In this document: in pieces, positions 25,768-34,517 of the stretch
Layout of the letters: every line of letters starts with the position of its first letter
Numbering within the stretch: the stretch's first letter is position 1
NCBI GenBank assembly: GCA_028280635.1
Contig: JANQLM010000012.1
Span: 8,799 to 72,798 of the forward strand
Direction: 5' to 3'
Length of the DNA stretch: 64,000 nt
DNA from: Halieaceae bacterium
Lineage (GTDB): Bacteria > Pseudomonadota > Gammaproteobacteria > Pseudomonadales > Halieaceae
Translations under genes and position numbers: made by a program
The notes under the pieces: generated by a model
What the model was told of the DNA's origin: nothing
Seen by the model: the letters and a program-made list of their open reading frames with translations, nothing else
Database searches by the model: none

Positions 25768-25834
25768 TGAAGACACTGCAAACACAGGCCAGTGGCATCG
25801 ACGCCGGCGGCATCCCCAATCCGGATGCCAAGAC

Positions 25835-28003
25835 ATGTTGATGAACCGGCTGGAAATACTCAGTGATCGTGTCGGCATCGCCCGCGACTACCTGGACTAC
25901 AAGAAAGACCCGGTAGAGATTGCCCACAGTGCGCGCATGGCGGTGCTGGCGGCCATGTGCGGCCAGTTTGGCAGCGAACAGGCGGCCGGCGAGGCCCTGC
26001 AGGCGCTGGATCACGAGGCGCTGAGGCCGCTGCCCAGGACCCTGCTGCTGCGCAGCGATGAAGCGTTGCGGTTCGACGTGCTGCTGCCGGAAGATGCCGG
26101 TTCCCACAGCCTGCGCATTCACCTCGAGGAAGGTGAAACCATCGAGCTGCCGACCCTGGAGCTGTCACTGGGCAGCCTGGACACGCTGGCGGGGGAGCAG
26201 GTGCATCGCGTGCCAGTGACACTCAATCACGGCTGCCCCAGCGGCTACCATGAACTGGAACTGCTGGGGGCCGATGGCGCCGTGGTATGTAGCAGCCGCC
26301 TGATCGTGGCACCGCGCACGTCCTGGCAGCCGCCCCGCCTGGCCGAAGGTGGACGGGTATACGGGGTGACCGTGCAGCTCTATACCCTGCGCAGCGAACG
26401 CAACTGGGGGATGGGCGATTTCACCGACCTGGCGGAACTGGTTCGCCAGTCCGCCAGCCAGGGTGTCGACGTGGTCGGCGTCAACCCGCTGCATGCCCTG
26501 TTTCCCGCCAACCCGCTGCACTTTTCGCCCTACAGCCCTTCGAACCGGGCTTTCCTCAACGTGATGTATATCGCCCCGCTGGCGGGGCCCGGCTATGAAA
26601 GCTGTGACGCCATTCGGCAGTTGGTAGAGGGTGAGGAGTTCCAGGCGCGGCTGGCGAGCCTTCGCGCCACCCACCTGGTTGACTACCAGGGCGTGGCGGA
26701 CTGCAAGCTGCCGGTGCTGGAGCAACTGTACCGGCACTTCGTCGAGCGCGAACTCGAATCGGTGGGGGAGATGGGCGCAGCCTTCCTGGCCTGGTGCGAG
26801 CGCCGTGGCGAGGCGCTGCGCCTGCATGCCACCTACGACACCCTGCACGAACACTTCCTGCGTCGGGATATGCAAATCTGGGGTTGGCCGGTCTGGCCTG
26901 AAGCCTACCGGAACCCCCATTCAGAGGCGGTGCAGGCGTTTGCCGCAGAGCATGCGGACCGCATCCGCTATTACCAGTTCCTGCAGTGGTGCGCCTACCG
27001 ACAGCTACGCGCCGCCCAGGCCGTGGCCCGGGACTGTGGCATGACGGTGGGCATCTATCTGGACCTGGCCGTCGGCATTGACCTCAACGGCTCCCAGGTC
27101 TGGTCCAAGCAGTCGGCTTTCTGCCTCGAGGCCAGTGCCGGCGCACCACCGGATGAGCTGGCCCGCTCCGGCCAGGACTGGGGCTTTCCGCCCATGGATC
27201 CGCGCGACCTGCGTGACTCCGGCTACCGGCTGTTTGCCGAAGACCTGCGCGCCAATATGTCCGTGTGCGGCGCGGTACGCTTTGACCACGCGGTGTCACT
27301 GCTGCGCCTGTGGTGGATACCCCGGCCCGGTGGCGCAGTGAATGGCGCCTATGTGGACTACCCCCTGCATGACCTGCTGGGGATGCTGGCACTGGAAAGC
27401 GAGCGCAACCACTGCCTGGTGATCGGCGAGGACCTCGGCACCGTGCCGGAGCAGCTCACCCAGGTGATGGAGCAGAACCACCTGTTTTCCTACAAGGTGC
27501 TGTACTTCGAAAAGAGCCAGACCGCCATGGCGGCGCCATCGGCTTATCCGCGCGAGGCGGTCGCCGCCGTCACCACCCACGATCTCCCCACCCTGGCGAG
27601 CTGGTGGGATAGCTCGGATATCGATCTGCGGGCGGAGCTGGGCCTGCTGGGGGCCGAAAGCGTGGCCGAGGAAATGCGTCGGGGCCGGCGGCGGGATCGC
27701 CAGCAGCTATTGGATGCGCTGGCAGCCGAAGCGGGCTGGCAGGGCGCGCGCGACGCGGATGCCATCCCGACCATGACGGAGGCGCTCAATGTCGCGGTGC
27801 ACCGCTTCCTGGCCAGCAGCCGCTCGGCGGTGATGCTGGTGCAGCTTGAGGACCTGATGGAGATGCTGTCGCCGGTCAACGTGCCCGGCACCTTCGACAA
27901 TCACCGCAACTGGCAGCGTAAGCTGCGCTGGTCGCTGGAGGGCCTGTTCCAGCGGGATTCCGTAAAAGCGATCTGTGCCGCCGTGCGCGAGGCGAGGTCA
28001 TGA
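25835..28003 (+). CDS. malQ: 4-alpha-glucanotransferase (amylomaltase)
   Basis: GH77 motifs (YGVTVQLYTLRSERNWGMGDFTDL, SPYSPSNR, RFDHAVSL, VIGEDLGTVP, THDLPTLASWW). The ATG at 25835 (MLMNRLEILSDRVGIARDY) is preferred; the listed 25697 start overlaps the glgP 3' end by 71 nt. Confidence 0.9.
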   Translation: MLMNRLEILSDRVGIARDYLDYKKDPVEIAHSARMAVLAAMCGQFGSEQAAGEALQALDHEALRPLPRTLLLRSDEALRFDVLLPEDAGSHSLRIHLEEGETIELPTLELSLGSLDTLAGEQVHRVPVTLNHGCPSGYHELELLGADGAVVCSSRLIVAPRTSWQPPRLAEGGRVYGVTVQLYTLRSERNWGMGDFTDLAELVRQSASQGVDVVGVNPLHALFPANPLHFSPYSPSNRAFLNVMYIAPLAGPGYESCDAIRQLVEGEEFQARLASLRATHLVDYQGVADCKLPVLEQLYRHFVERELESVGEMGAAFLAWCERRGEALRLHATYDTLHEHFLRRDMQIWGWPVWPEAYRNPHSEAVQAFAAEHADRIRYYQFLQWCAYRQLRAAQAVARDCGMTVGIYLDLAVGIDLNGSQVWSKQSAFCLEASAGAPPDELARSGQDWGFPPMDPRDLRDSGYRLFAEDLRANMSVCGAVRFDHAVSLLRLWWIPRPGGAVNGAYVDYPLHDLLGMLALESERNHCLVIGEDLGTVPEQLTQVMEQNHLFSYKVLYFEKSQTAMAAPSAYPREAVAAVTTHDLPTLASWWDSSDIDLRAELGLLGAESVAEEMRRGRRRDRQQLLDALAAEAGWQGARDADAIPTMTEALNVAVHRFLASSRSAVMLVQLEDLMEMLSPVNVPGTFDNHRNWQRKLRWSLEGLFQRDSVKAICAAVREARS

Positions 28004-29496
28004 GGTTGCTGCTGGGGCTGGTACTGGGCCTGGTGCTGCCTGCGGTCGCCTCCGCCGGCCCCGTCGAATCCCCTGACTCGCGCACCGTGTTCGTGCAACT
28101 GTTTGAATGGCGTTGGGAAGATGTCGCCCTGGAATGTGAGCAGGTCCTGGGCCCCGCGGGTTTCTCCGCGGTGCAGGTATCGCCGCCCAACGAGCACATC
28201 GATCACCGCAGCCCGAAACTGGCCGTTCCCTATGCCTGGTGGGCCCGCTACCAGCCGGTGACCTACGACCTGGTCAGTCGCTCCGGTGACGCTGCAGCCT
28301 TCGAGGACATGGTGCGGCGCTGCCGGTCCGCGGGCGTCGGCATCTACGTGGATGCCGTTCTCAACCACATGGGCGACCAGGTCGGTGTCGGGGTGGCGGG
28401 CACGCCTTTCGACGTCGAAGTGCGGCGCTACCGCGATCTGGAAGATCGCCACTTCAATCGGTTCTGCAAAATTGCCGGTGAAGATTACCGGGCGTCCAGT
28501 GATCCGGCCCTCAACGAGGTACGGGCTGGCCGCCTGAGGCGCTGCCAGCTCCTGGACCTGCGCGACCTCGACAATGGCAATGCCGAAGTCAGGGCGCTCC
28601 AGGTCGACTATCTGCAGGGATTGCTGGACAGAGGCGTGGCCGGCTTTCGACTGGATGCGGCCAAGCACATGTACCCGGAAGACATAGCCGCGATCCTGCG
28701 CGAGCTCGACGGTGACTTTTACGTCTTCCAGGAGGTGGTGGATACCCGCGGTGAGGTGGTGGGCGTGTTTGATTACTCGTCAACTGCCGACGTGACCGAG
28801 TTTCTCTACAGCCGACGTCTGGGAGAGGCCTTTGCGAGCGGCGAACTGCACAGACTCGGAGACCTGAACGAGGCCGGCGGACTGTTGCCCAGCAGCGATG
28901 CAGTGGTGTTCGTTGACAACCACGACAACCAGCGCGGCCACGGCATGTCGGCGGAAACCACCCATCGCGACGGCGCCGTCTACGACCTGGCCAGCGTGTT
29001 CCTGCTGGGCTGGCCCTACGGCTATCCAAAGCTTATGTCCAGTTATCGCTGGGACGGGGTGCACGACAGCGCGGGCCCGCCCCACGACGGCAAGGGAAAT
29101 ACGCTGCCGGTCTACGATGCCGATGGGGTAGCTGACTGTGGCGGTGACAACTGGGTGTGTGAACACCGGCGCGCGCCGATGCTGGCAATGGTGGGTTTTC
29201 GCAACCGGGCGCGCTCCGCGGGGGCACTCGATGTATCACACTGGTGGGCTGGCGGTCCTGCGCAGCTCGCTTTCGCCGTCAGTCGCGGCACATGGACGCA
29301 GGGATTTGTTGCTATCAATCGTGACGACAGTGCCATGCTTGCGCACAGGCTCCAGACGGGTCTGCCGGCCGGGACCTACATCAATCTGCTTGGCGAGCCG
29401 GGCCGGGTTACCGTGGACAGCGACGGGCGGGCGGACATCCGCCTCGCCCCGTTACAGGCCCTGGCCATCGACCGGGAGCATGTCAGCGATCAGTGA
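28000..29496 (+). CDS. Secreted GH13 alpha-amylase (animal-type / chloride-dependent-like)
   Basis: Signal peptide MRLLLGLVLGLVLPAVASA. Contains VQLFEWRWEDVALECEQVLGPAGFSAVQVSPPNEH, GFRLDAAKHM, FQEVVD and FVDNHDNQRGHG. These closely resemble my recollection of the Pseudoalteromonas haloplanktis AHA sequence. The ATG overlaps the malQ stop (ATGA). Confidence 0.9.
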   Translation: MRLLLGLVLGLVLPAVASAGPVESPDSRTVFVQLFEWRWEDVALECEQVLGPAGFSAVQVSPPNEHIDHRSPKLAVPYAWWARYQPVTYDLVSRSGDAAAFEDMVRRCRSAGVGIYVDAVLNHMGDQVGVGVAGTPFDVEVRRYRDLEDRHFNRFCKIAGEDYRASSDPALNEVRAGRLRRCQLLDLRDLDNGNAEVRALQVDYLQGLLDRGVAGFRLDAAKHMYPEDIAAILRELDGDFYVFQEVVDTRGEVVGVFDYSSTADVTEFLYSRRLGEAFASGELHRLGDLNEAGGLLPSSDAVVFVDNHDNQRGHGMSAETTHRDGAVYDLASVFLLGWPYGYPKLMSSYRWDGVHDSAGPPHDGKGNTLPVYDADGVADCGGDNWVCEHRRAPMLAMVGFRNRARSAGALDVSHWWAGGPAQLAFAVSRGTWTQGFVAINRDDSAMLAHRLQTGLPAGTYINLLGEPGRVTVDSDGRADIRLAPLQALAIDREHVSDQ

Positions 29497-29506
29497 GCGG
29501 CCCGAG

Positions 29507-30472
29507 TTATCCCCGGCGATGCTGCTGGAACAGACGCGCCGCCCCGCGCCGCGCGATTTGCTCAGCGGTGATCAGCCGCACGGGGATATCCGCCAGGTAG
29601 TCGTACATGCGGCCCTTGGCCAGAAAGCGCTCGCAGAACGGGCTGCGCTCGAGCAGGGGAATCACCCGGCGCACAATGCCACCACCGAGATAGACACCAC
29701 CTCTGGCGCCGTGGCACAGCGCCATGTCGCCGGCCACGCTGCCGAGAATCCCCAGGAACTGCATCACCGTGCGCTCGCAGCCGGCATCGCCATCGAGTGC
29801 AGACGCGGTAATGTCGGCCGCGCTCAGCCCGCCGCTGCCGTCGCCGTGTTCCCGCACCAGGAAATCATGCAGGCGGCAGAGCCCGTCTCCGGACAGCAGC
29901 AGCTCGGCGTAGACAAACTCGTGGCGCTCCGCCAGGTGTTGCCAGAGGGCGATCTCCAGCGGGTTGCCCGGGGCAAAGCCGACATGTCCGCCCTCAGTGC
30001 CCACGGTCACCGGGCCGCCGGGTTCGTCCAGCACCAGGGCGACACCGAGCCCGGTACCCGGCCCAATCACCGACAGCGGCGCGCCGGGTTGGCCAGCGGC
30101 TTCCCTGACCATCACCGAGTCGGATTCCGGAAGCTCCGGCGCCATGCGCGCCAGCGCCTTGAAATCGTTGACGAACAGGATCTCCTGGAGTCCGAAGCGG
30201 GCCTCCAGCGCGGCGGCATCAAGCTGCCAGCCGAGATTGGTGAGCAGGCCCTCGCGGGCGGTATTGGGGCCGGCCGTTGCAAAGCAAGCACTGCGCGGCG
30301 CATCGTCACCGAGCTCCTCAAGGTAGAGCGCCAACAAGTCGGCAAAACCCTTGAGGCCGGCATTGCTGTACTTGACGCTGCGCTCAAGCTCGACGCCGTT
30401 GTCGTTGAAGCGGGCTACAGCAAATCGGCCATTGGTGCCGCCGACGTCTGCCACGATGATGGGTTCGTTCAC
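29507..30472 (-). CDS. glk: Glucokinase
   Basis: 321 aa with the N-terminal ADVGGTNGRFA and the later GPGTGLG motif typical of Glk. Confidence 0.9.
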   Translation of the reverse strand: MNEPIIVADVGGTNGRFAVARFNDNGVELERSVKYSNAGLKGFADLLALYLEELGDDAPRSACFATAGPNTAREGLLTNLGWQLDAAALEARFGLQEILFVNDFKALARMAPELPESDSVMVREAAGQPGAPLSVIGPGTGLGVALVLDEPGGPVTVGTEGGHVGFAPGNPLEIALWQHLAERHEFVYAELLLSGDGLCRLHDFLVREHGDGSGGLSAADITASALDGDAGCERTVMQFLGILGSVAGDMALCHGARGGVYLGGGIVRRVIPLLERSPFCERFLAKGRMYDYLADIPVRLITAEQIARRGAARLFQQHRRG

Positions 30473-30561
30473 GATGCGCGAAAGCCTGTAAATGCAGGGG
30501 TTTTATTAGCGGAGCGCTATTGTGAATAAGATCGCCGGTGCTGTCTATTTGCTGGCGCTCA

Positions 30562-30575
30562 TGATTACGTATGCA
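30562..30575. promoter_or_regulatory. Copy of the 14-bp palindrome (TGATTACGTATGCA)
   Basis: 13 of 14 identical to the site at 19061. It lies in the glk / sugar-porter divergent intergenic region. Confidence 0.4.
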
Positions 30576-30745
30576 GCGCCGTTCACTGGTGCGAGTGGCC
30601 GTGCGCGGTGACCGTGGCTGAGCGGCAGTTATGCGGGGGTCACCCACTGCGCCTGTTTCTGGCCCTGGGTGGTTATGCCGCCGCGCTGACACCAATACCA
30701 AGCCGGCCCTGAGCGGCTTCAAACAACATTCTGGGTGGAGGTGGC

Positions 30746-32161
30746 ATGACCACGACAACGGTTGGCGAAGCAGTCGGCGAAGATATCAATCACGGGCTGG
30801 TGATCCTGGTGAGCTGTGTGGCCACCATCGGCGGTTTCCTGTTTGGCTACGACAGTGGCGTGATCAACGGCACCGTGGACGGCCTGCGTATTGCCTTCAA
30901 CTCCGACAGTGTCGGTACCGGCTTCAATGTCGCCTCCATGTTGCTGGGCTGCGCCGTCGGGGCATTTTTTGCTGGTCGCCTGGCCGAGGTGTTCGGCCGC
31001 CGCAGCCTGCTGCGGGTGTCCGCCCTGTGCTTCCTGGTGGGCGCCTGGGGCTCCGGGGTCGCAGGCGGCTCCCTGGAATTTGTGATGTACCGGGTGCTGG
31101 GTGGCCTGGCGGTCGGCGCGGCCAGCGTCATGGCGCCGGCTTATATCAGCGAGATCGCCCCGGCCCACTATCGCGGTCGGCTGGCGACGGTGCAACAGGT
31201 GGCGATTATCTGTGGCCTCACGGCCTCCTTCATCAGTAACTACATACTGGCAGGCGTCGCCGGGGCGTCTACCGAAGTGCTGGCGGCCGGCTTCGAGGCC
31301 TGGCGCTGGATGTTCTGGATGGAAATGCTCCCGGCCGGCCTGTTCCTGGTGGCGCTGCTGTTCATCCTCGAGAGCCCGCGCTACCTGGTGGCCGTCCGGC
31401 GTCTGGCGGATGCTGAGGCCACCCTCAGCAGGCTATACGGCGCACGGCTGGCCGGCGATAAGCTGGCCGAGATCGGGGCCTCGCTGGCGGAGGACCACCG
31501 GCCACGGTTTCGCGATCTGCTGGATGCCGGTCGCATACGTCCGGTGGTGTGGGTTGGCGTTGGCCTGGCGGTATTCCAGCAACTGGTCGGCATCAACGTG
31601 GTGTTCTATTACGGGGCGGTGCTGTGGCAGGCGGTGGGCTTTTCAGAATCCGATGCGCTGCTGATCAACATCATCAGTGGCTCGCTCAGCATTGCCGCCT
31701 GTATTGGCACTATCCTCACCATCGATCGCATCGGCCGCAAACCGCTGCTGGCCATCGGCTCAGCGGGAATGACACTGTGCCTGGCCCTGATGGTGGTCGG
31801 CTTCAGCAGCGGAGAACTGCAGAACGGTAAACTGGTGCTGGGTGACGGCACCGGTGCCCTGACCCTGGTCGCCGCCAACCTCTACGTCGTGTTTTTCAAT
31901 TTTTCCTGGGGCCCGGTGATGTGGGTGATGCTGGGGGAAATGTTCCCGAACCAGTTCCGGGGCTCCGCCCTGGCAGTGGCCGGACTGTGCCAGTGGGGCG
32001 CGAATTTTGCCATCACCATGACCTTCCCTATCCTCATGGCCAGCGTCGGCCTGGTGGGCGCCTACGGTTTCTACGCCCTGTCGGCGGCGGTGTCGGTGGC
32101 TTTTGTGCTGCGCTATGTGAAGGAAACCCGCGGCCTCGAGCTTGAGGCAATGCAAGGCTAG
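30746..32161 (+). CDS. Sugar-porter-family MFS transporter (glucose/hexose type)
   Basis: 471 aa with GFLFGYDSGVINGT, GRLAEVFGRR, PESPRYL, a PETRG-like KETRGLELE ending, and a 12-TM pattern. GGAGG Shine-Dalgarno upstream. Confidence 0.9.
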   Translation: MTTTTVGEAVGEDINHGLVILVSCVATIGGFLFGYDSGVINGTVDGLRIAFNSDSVGTGFNVASMLLGCAVGAFFAGRLAEVFGRRSLLRVSALCFLVGAWGSGVAGGSLEFVMYRVLGGLAVGAASVMAPAYISEIAPAHYRGRLATVQQVAIICGLTASFISNYILAGVAGASTEVLAAGFEAWRWMFWMEMLPAGLFLVALLFILESPRYLVAVRRLADAEATLSRLYGARLAGDKLAEIGASLAEDHRPRFRDLLDAGRIRPVVWVGVGLAVFQQLVGINVVFYYGAVLWQAVGFSESDALLINIISGSLSIAACIGTILTIDRIGRKPLLAIGSAGMTLCLALMVVGFSSGELQNGKLVLGDGTGALTLVAANLYVVFFNFSWGPVMWVMLGEMFPNQFRGSALAVAGLCQWGANFAITMTFPILMASVGLVGAYGFYALSAAVSVAFVLRYVKETRGLELEAMQG

Positions 32162-32952
32162 GCCAGGAGCCTGTCCACCAGGCCCTGCATCGCCACCGCA
32201 TGATTGCTGAACAGCCATTCCACACCGCGGTTCAGCTCTCGGTACAGCGCATTCCGCGAGCCGATGTGGCCGGTGCCAATCTGCTGGCCGAAGCTGTGGT
32301 GTGCGTTCACGGTGTGCCGGCCCAGCAGCAGGTAGTGGCCGGTGAGGCCGCCGTAGTGGTGCACCAGCGCCAGTTCACTCAGTTCACCCACATTGAGCTC
32401 CGCCACCGGCAGGTAGCTGGCGGTTGGCGCAAAGCTCGCATGTCCGAACAGCGCCGGGTCCAGGGCCAGGAAATGGTAGTCTTCCACCGCTGACAGCTTC
32501 GCGAGGGTATGCGCCAGGATATCCTGTTGCCGAAGCGGATCGGGATAGGCTGCCTGCTTGATTTCTATCATCAGGTGGGTGTTGCCGCCGAATTCGTCGA
32601 CCAGCTCTTCGAGGCTGGGCACCAGCGGCATGCGCCTGCGGAGCCCGGCGAAATCAAGTTCCGCCACCACGCCCGGGTCGCCGAACACGCGCGCGCCATC
32701 GGGATCGTGAATCACCACGGGGACCAGGTCGCGGGTCCAGTGAATATCGCATTCGATACCCCATACGCCGGCATCGCGAGCCCGGCGAAACGCGGGCAGG
32801 GTGTTCTCATACACGCTGTGGTTGTCGTGCTCACCGCGATGGGATACCAGCCGGCAGCCTTGCAGTACGGCGCGCGATGGACGCCGCTGGGGCAGCAGCG
32901 CGGTGACGCCATCGGCTGCGGCCATCAGCGCTTCCTGCAGGCGTTCGTCCAT
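32158..32952 (-). CDS. Glycerophosphodiester phosphodiesterase (GDPD) family protein
   Basis: 264 aa with LVSHRGEHDNHSVYENTLPAFRRARDAGVWGIECDIHWTRDLVPVVIHD, which fits the GDPD HR...EN...E.D signature. It starts 15 nt after the upstream halogenase-like gene. Confidence 0.8.
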   Translation of the reverse strand: MDERLQEALMAAADGVTALLPQRRPSRAVLQGCRLVSHRGEHDNHSVYENTLPAFRRARDAGVWGIECDIHWTRDLVPVVIHDPDGARVFGDPGVVAELDFAGLRRRMPLVPSLEELVDEFGGNTHLMIEIKQAAYPDPLRQQDILAHTLAKLSAVEDYHFLALDPALFGHASFAPTASYLPVAELNVGELSELALVHHYGGLTGHYLLLGRHTVNAHHSFGQQIGTGHIGSRNALYRELNRGVEWLFSNHAVAMQGLVDRLLA

Positions 32953-32966
32953 CAGGCGACCAGTGC

Positions 32967-34517
32967 TCAGGCCACCAGGCTCTGACCACCGTGCTCCGCG
33001 GCCAGCCAGGCCTCGTGGCGGGGCAGGCGCGTACGCGCCGCCTCCACGACCTTGCCAACATGGGGCGGCACCCGGGTGGCCGGCCGCGTCTCGCCAAAGC
33101 GCTCCCCGTATCCGCCGGCGTTGAAGTCCATGCCGTAGAGGATGTACTCGTAGCTTTGGTGGGAAAACAGCCGGAACTGGTCATCGAAGTCAGAGGCCGA
33201 GGGCGGCTTGATGCGCCAGAATTCGAACTTGGCCCTGAGGTTGTCGGTGATGCGCTCCTCGCGCTGAACCTCGCGCCAGAAATCAGTATCGTCGCGCCGG
33301 GTCAGGCAGTAATGCATGTTCACGAAGTCGAGCACTTCGTCATAGCGGTTGCTGATAATCCGATTGAAGCGCTCTGCCAGGGGCTGCATCGCATCAGCAA
33401 AGGGGAAGTGCTCGGACAGGGTCACGGCGGCAAACTCGGTCAGGTACAGTCCGGTGGATTCCAGCGGCTCGATAAAACCGCCGGCGAGTCCGGTCGCGAT
33501 GCAGTTCTTCTCCCAGAAGGTCTCGCGGCGGCCGACCCGGAAGCGAATGCGGCGCGCCTCGAGCTGTTCGGTGTGAGGGCCTTCAAAGGCGCGCAGCTCA
33601 GCCTCGGCGGCGTCGTCGTCGAGGAAAGCACCGGAGTAGACGTAGCCGGTGCCGCGCCGATTGACCAGGCCGATATCCCAGACCCAGCCGTTGGAGAGCG
33701 CGGTGGCCGTTGTGTAAGGCCTGATGGCGCCGGGGTAGTGCACATCGTAGGGCACGCGCATGGCCACCGCGCGGTCGCACAGCAGGTAATCGCTGAAATC
33801 CCGAAACGGTATCTTCATGACCTTGTCGATCAGCAGGCCGCGGAAGCCCGTACAGTCGACAAACAGGTCGGCTTCCAGCCGGCGGCCGCTGTCCGTGGTT
33901 ACGGCGCTGATGTGGCCTGATTCCGCCTGTTCCACGTCCACCACGTTTTCCCGGTAGTGTTCCACCCCGCGGGCCGTGGCGTGCTCGCACAGGCAGTCGG
34001 CGAACTTCTCGGCATCCATGTGGTAGGCATAGGGCATGGGCGAGCTGAAGTCCTTGCTGTCCGGCATGCGTGGTGACAGGCCCATCTCGCAGAGCTGCGG
34101 TTGCACCGACACGGTTTCGGCAAAAGGCACCGAGCGGTCGCTGCCCAGCCAGTCCAGGGCGCTGTAATCCACCGGCCCGGCGCCGCGGCGGTCAAAGGGG
34201 TGGTAGTACCCACCGCCGTCTTTGCGGTGCCAGTCGACAAACTTGATGGCCTGCTTGAAGGTGGCATCCGCCTCGCGCATGAACCTGGCTTCGTCGATGC
34301 CCACGGTCTGCAAGACATGGCGAATGGTGGGCACCGTCGCTTCACCGACGCCGACCCGCGGTACGTCGGGGGATTCCACCACGGCAATCTCTGCCGGCTG
34401 CTGGCCGAGGCCGCCCCGATTGAGGGCGGCGTTCATATAGGCTGCGGTAATCCAGCCGGCGGAACCGCCGCCGACGATCAGAACGCGCCTGACAGGCCGC
34501 CTGTCAGGCGCGGACAC
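32967..34517 (-). CDS. Tryptophan-halogenase-family flavoprotein, paralog 1
   Basis: Contains GGGSAGW (FAD), GVGEATVP, FKQAIKF (Lys equivalent to RebH K79 by my alignment from memory), GWVWDIGL, and FIEPLESTG. The GTG at 34517 gives 516 aa, matching the 516-aa paralog. The listed 34673 start would overlap the upstream gene by 170 nt. Confidence 0.85.
   Translation of the reverse strand: MSAPDRRPVRRVLIVGGGSAGWITAAYMNAALNRGGLGQQPAEIAVVESPDVPRVGVGEATVPTIRHVLQTVGIDEARFMREADATFKQAIKFVDWHRKDGGGYYHPFDRRGAGPVDYSALDWLGSDRSVPFAETVSVQPQLCEMGLSPRMPDSKDFSSPMPYAYHMDAEKFADCLCEHATARGVEHYRENVVDVEQAESGHISAVTTDSGRRLEADLFVDCTGFRGLLIDKVMKIPFRDFSDYLLCDRAVAMRVPYDVHYPGAIRPYTTATALSNGWVWDIGLVNRRGTGYVYSGAFLDDDAAEAELRAFEGPHTEQLEARRIRFRVGRRETFWEKNCIATGLAGGFIEPLESTGLYLTEFAAVTLSEHFPFADAMQPLAERFNRIISNRYDEVLDFVNMHYCLTRRDDTDFWREVQREERITDNLRAKFEFWRIKPPSASDFDDQFRLFSHQSYEYILYGMDFNAGGYGERFGETRPATRVPPHVGKVVEAARTRLPRHEAWLAAEHGGQSLVA
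34485..34511 (-). other. Perfect 12-bp-stem / 3-nt-loop hairpin at the junction of the two halogenase paralogs
   Basis: The plus strand reads GCGCCTGACAGG-CCG-CCTGTCAGGCGC. It spans the stop codon of paralog 2 (34504-34506) and codons 3-11 of paralog 1. Confidence 0.85.

Noticed and set aside
30522-30712. Two tiny hydrophobic ORFs (29 aa from GTG 30522 with GGAG 7 nt upstream; 34 aa from GTG 30608; GTGA overlap) upstream of the sugar-porter gene. They could be leader peptides or small membrane proteins.
   Set aside because: Third-codon positions are T/A-rich and rare codons (TTA, ATA) occur, unlike genuine genes here. The first ORF contains the operator-like palindrome. I cannot exclude them without ribosome profiling.
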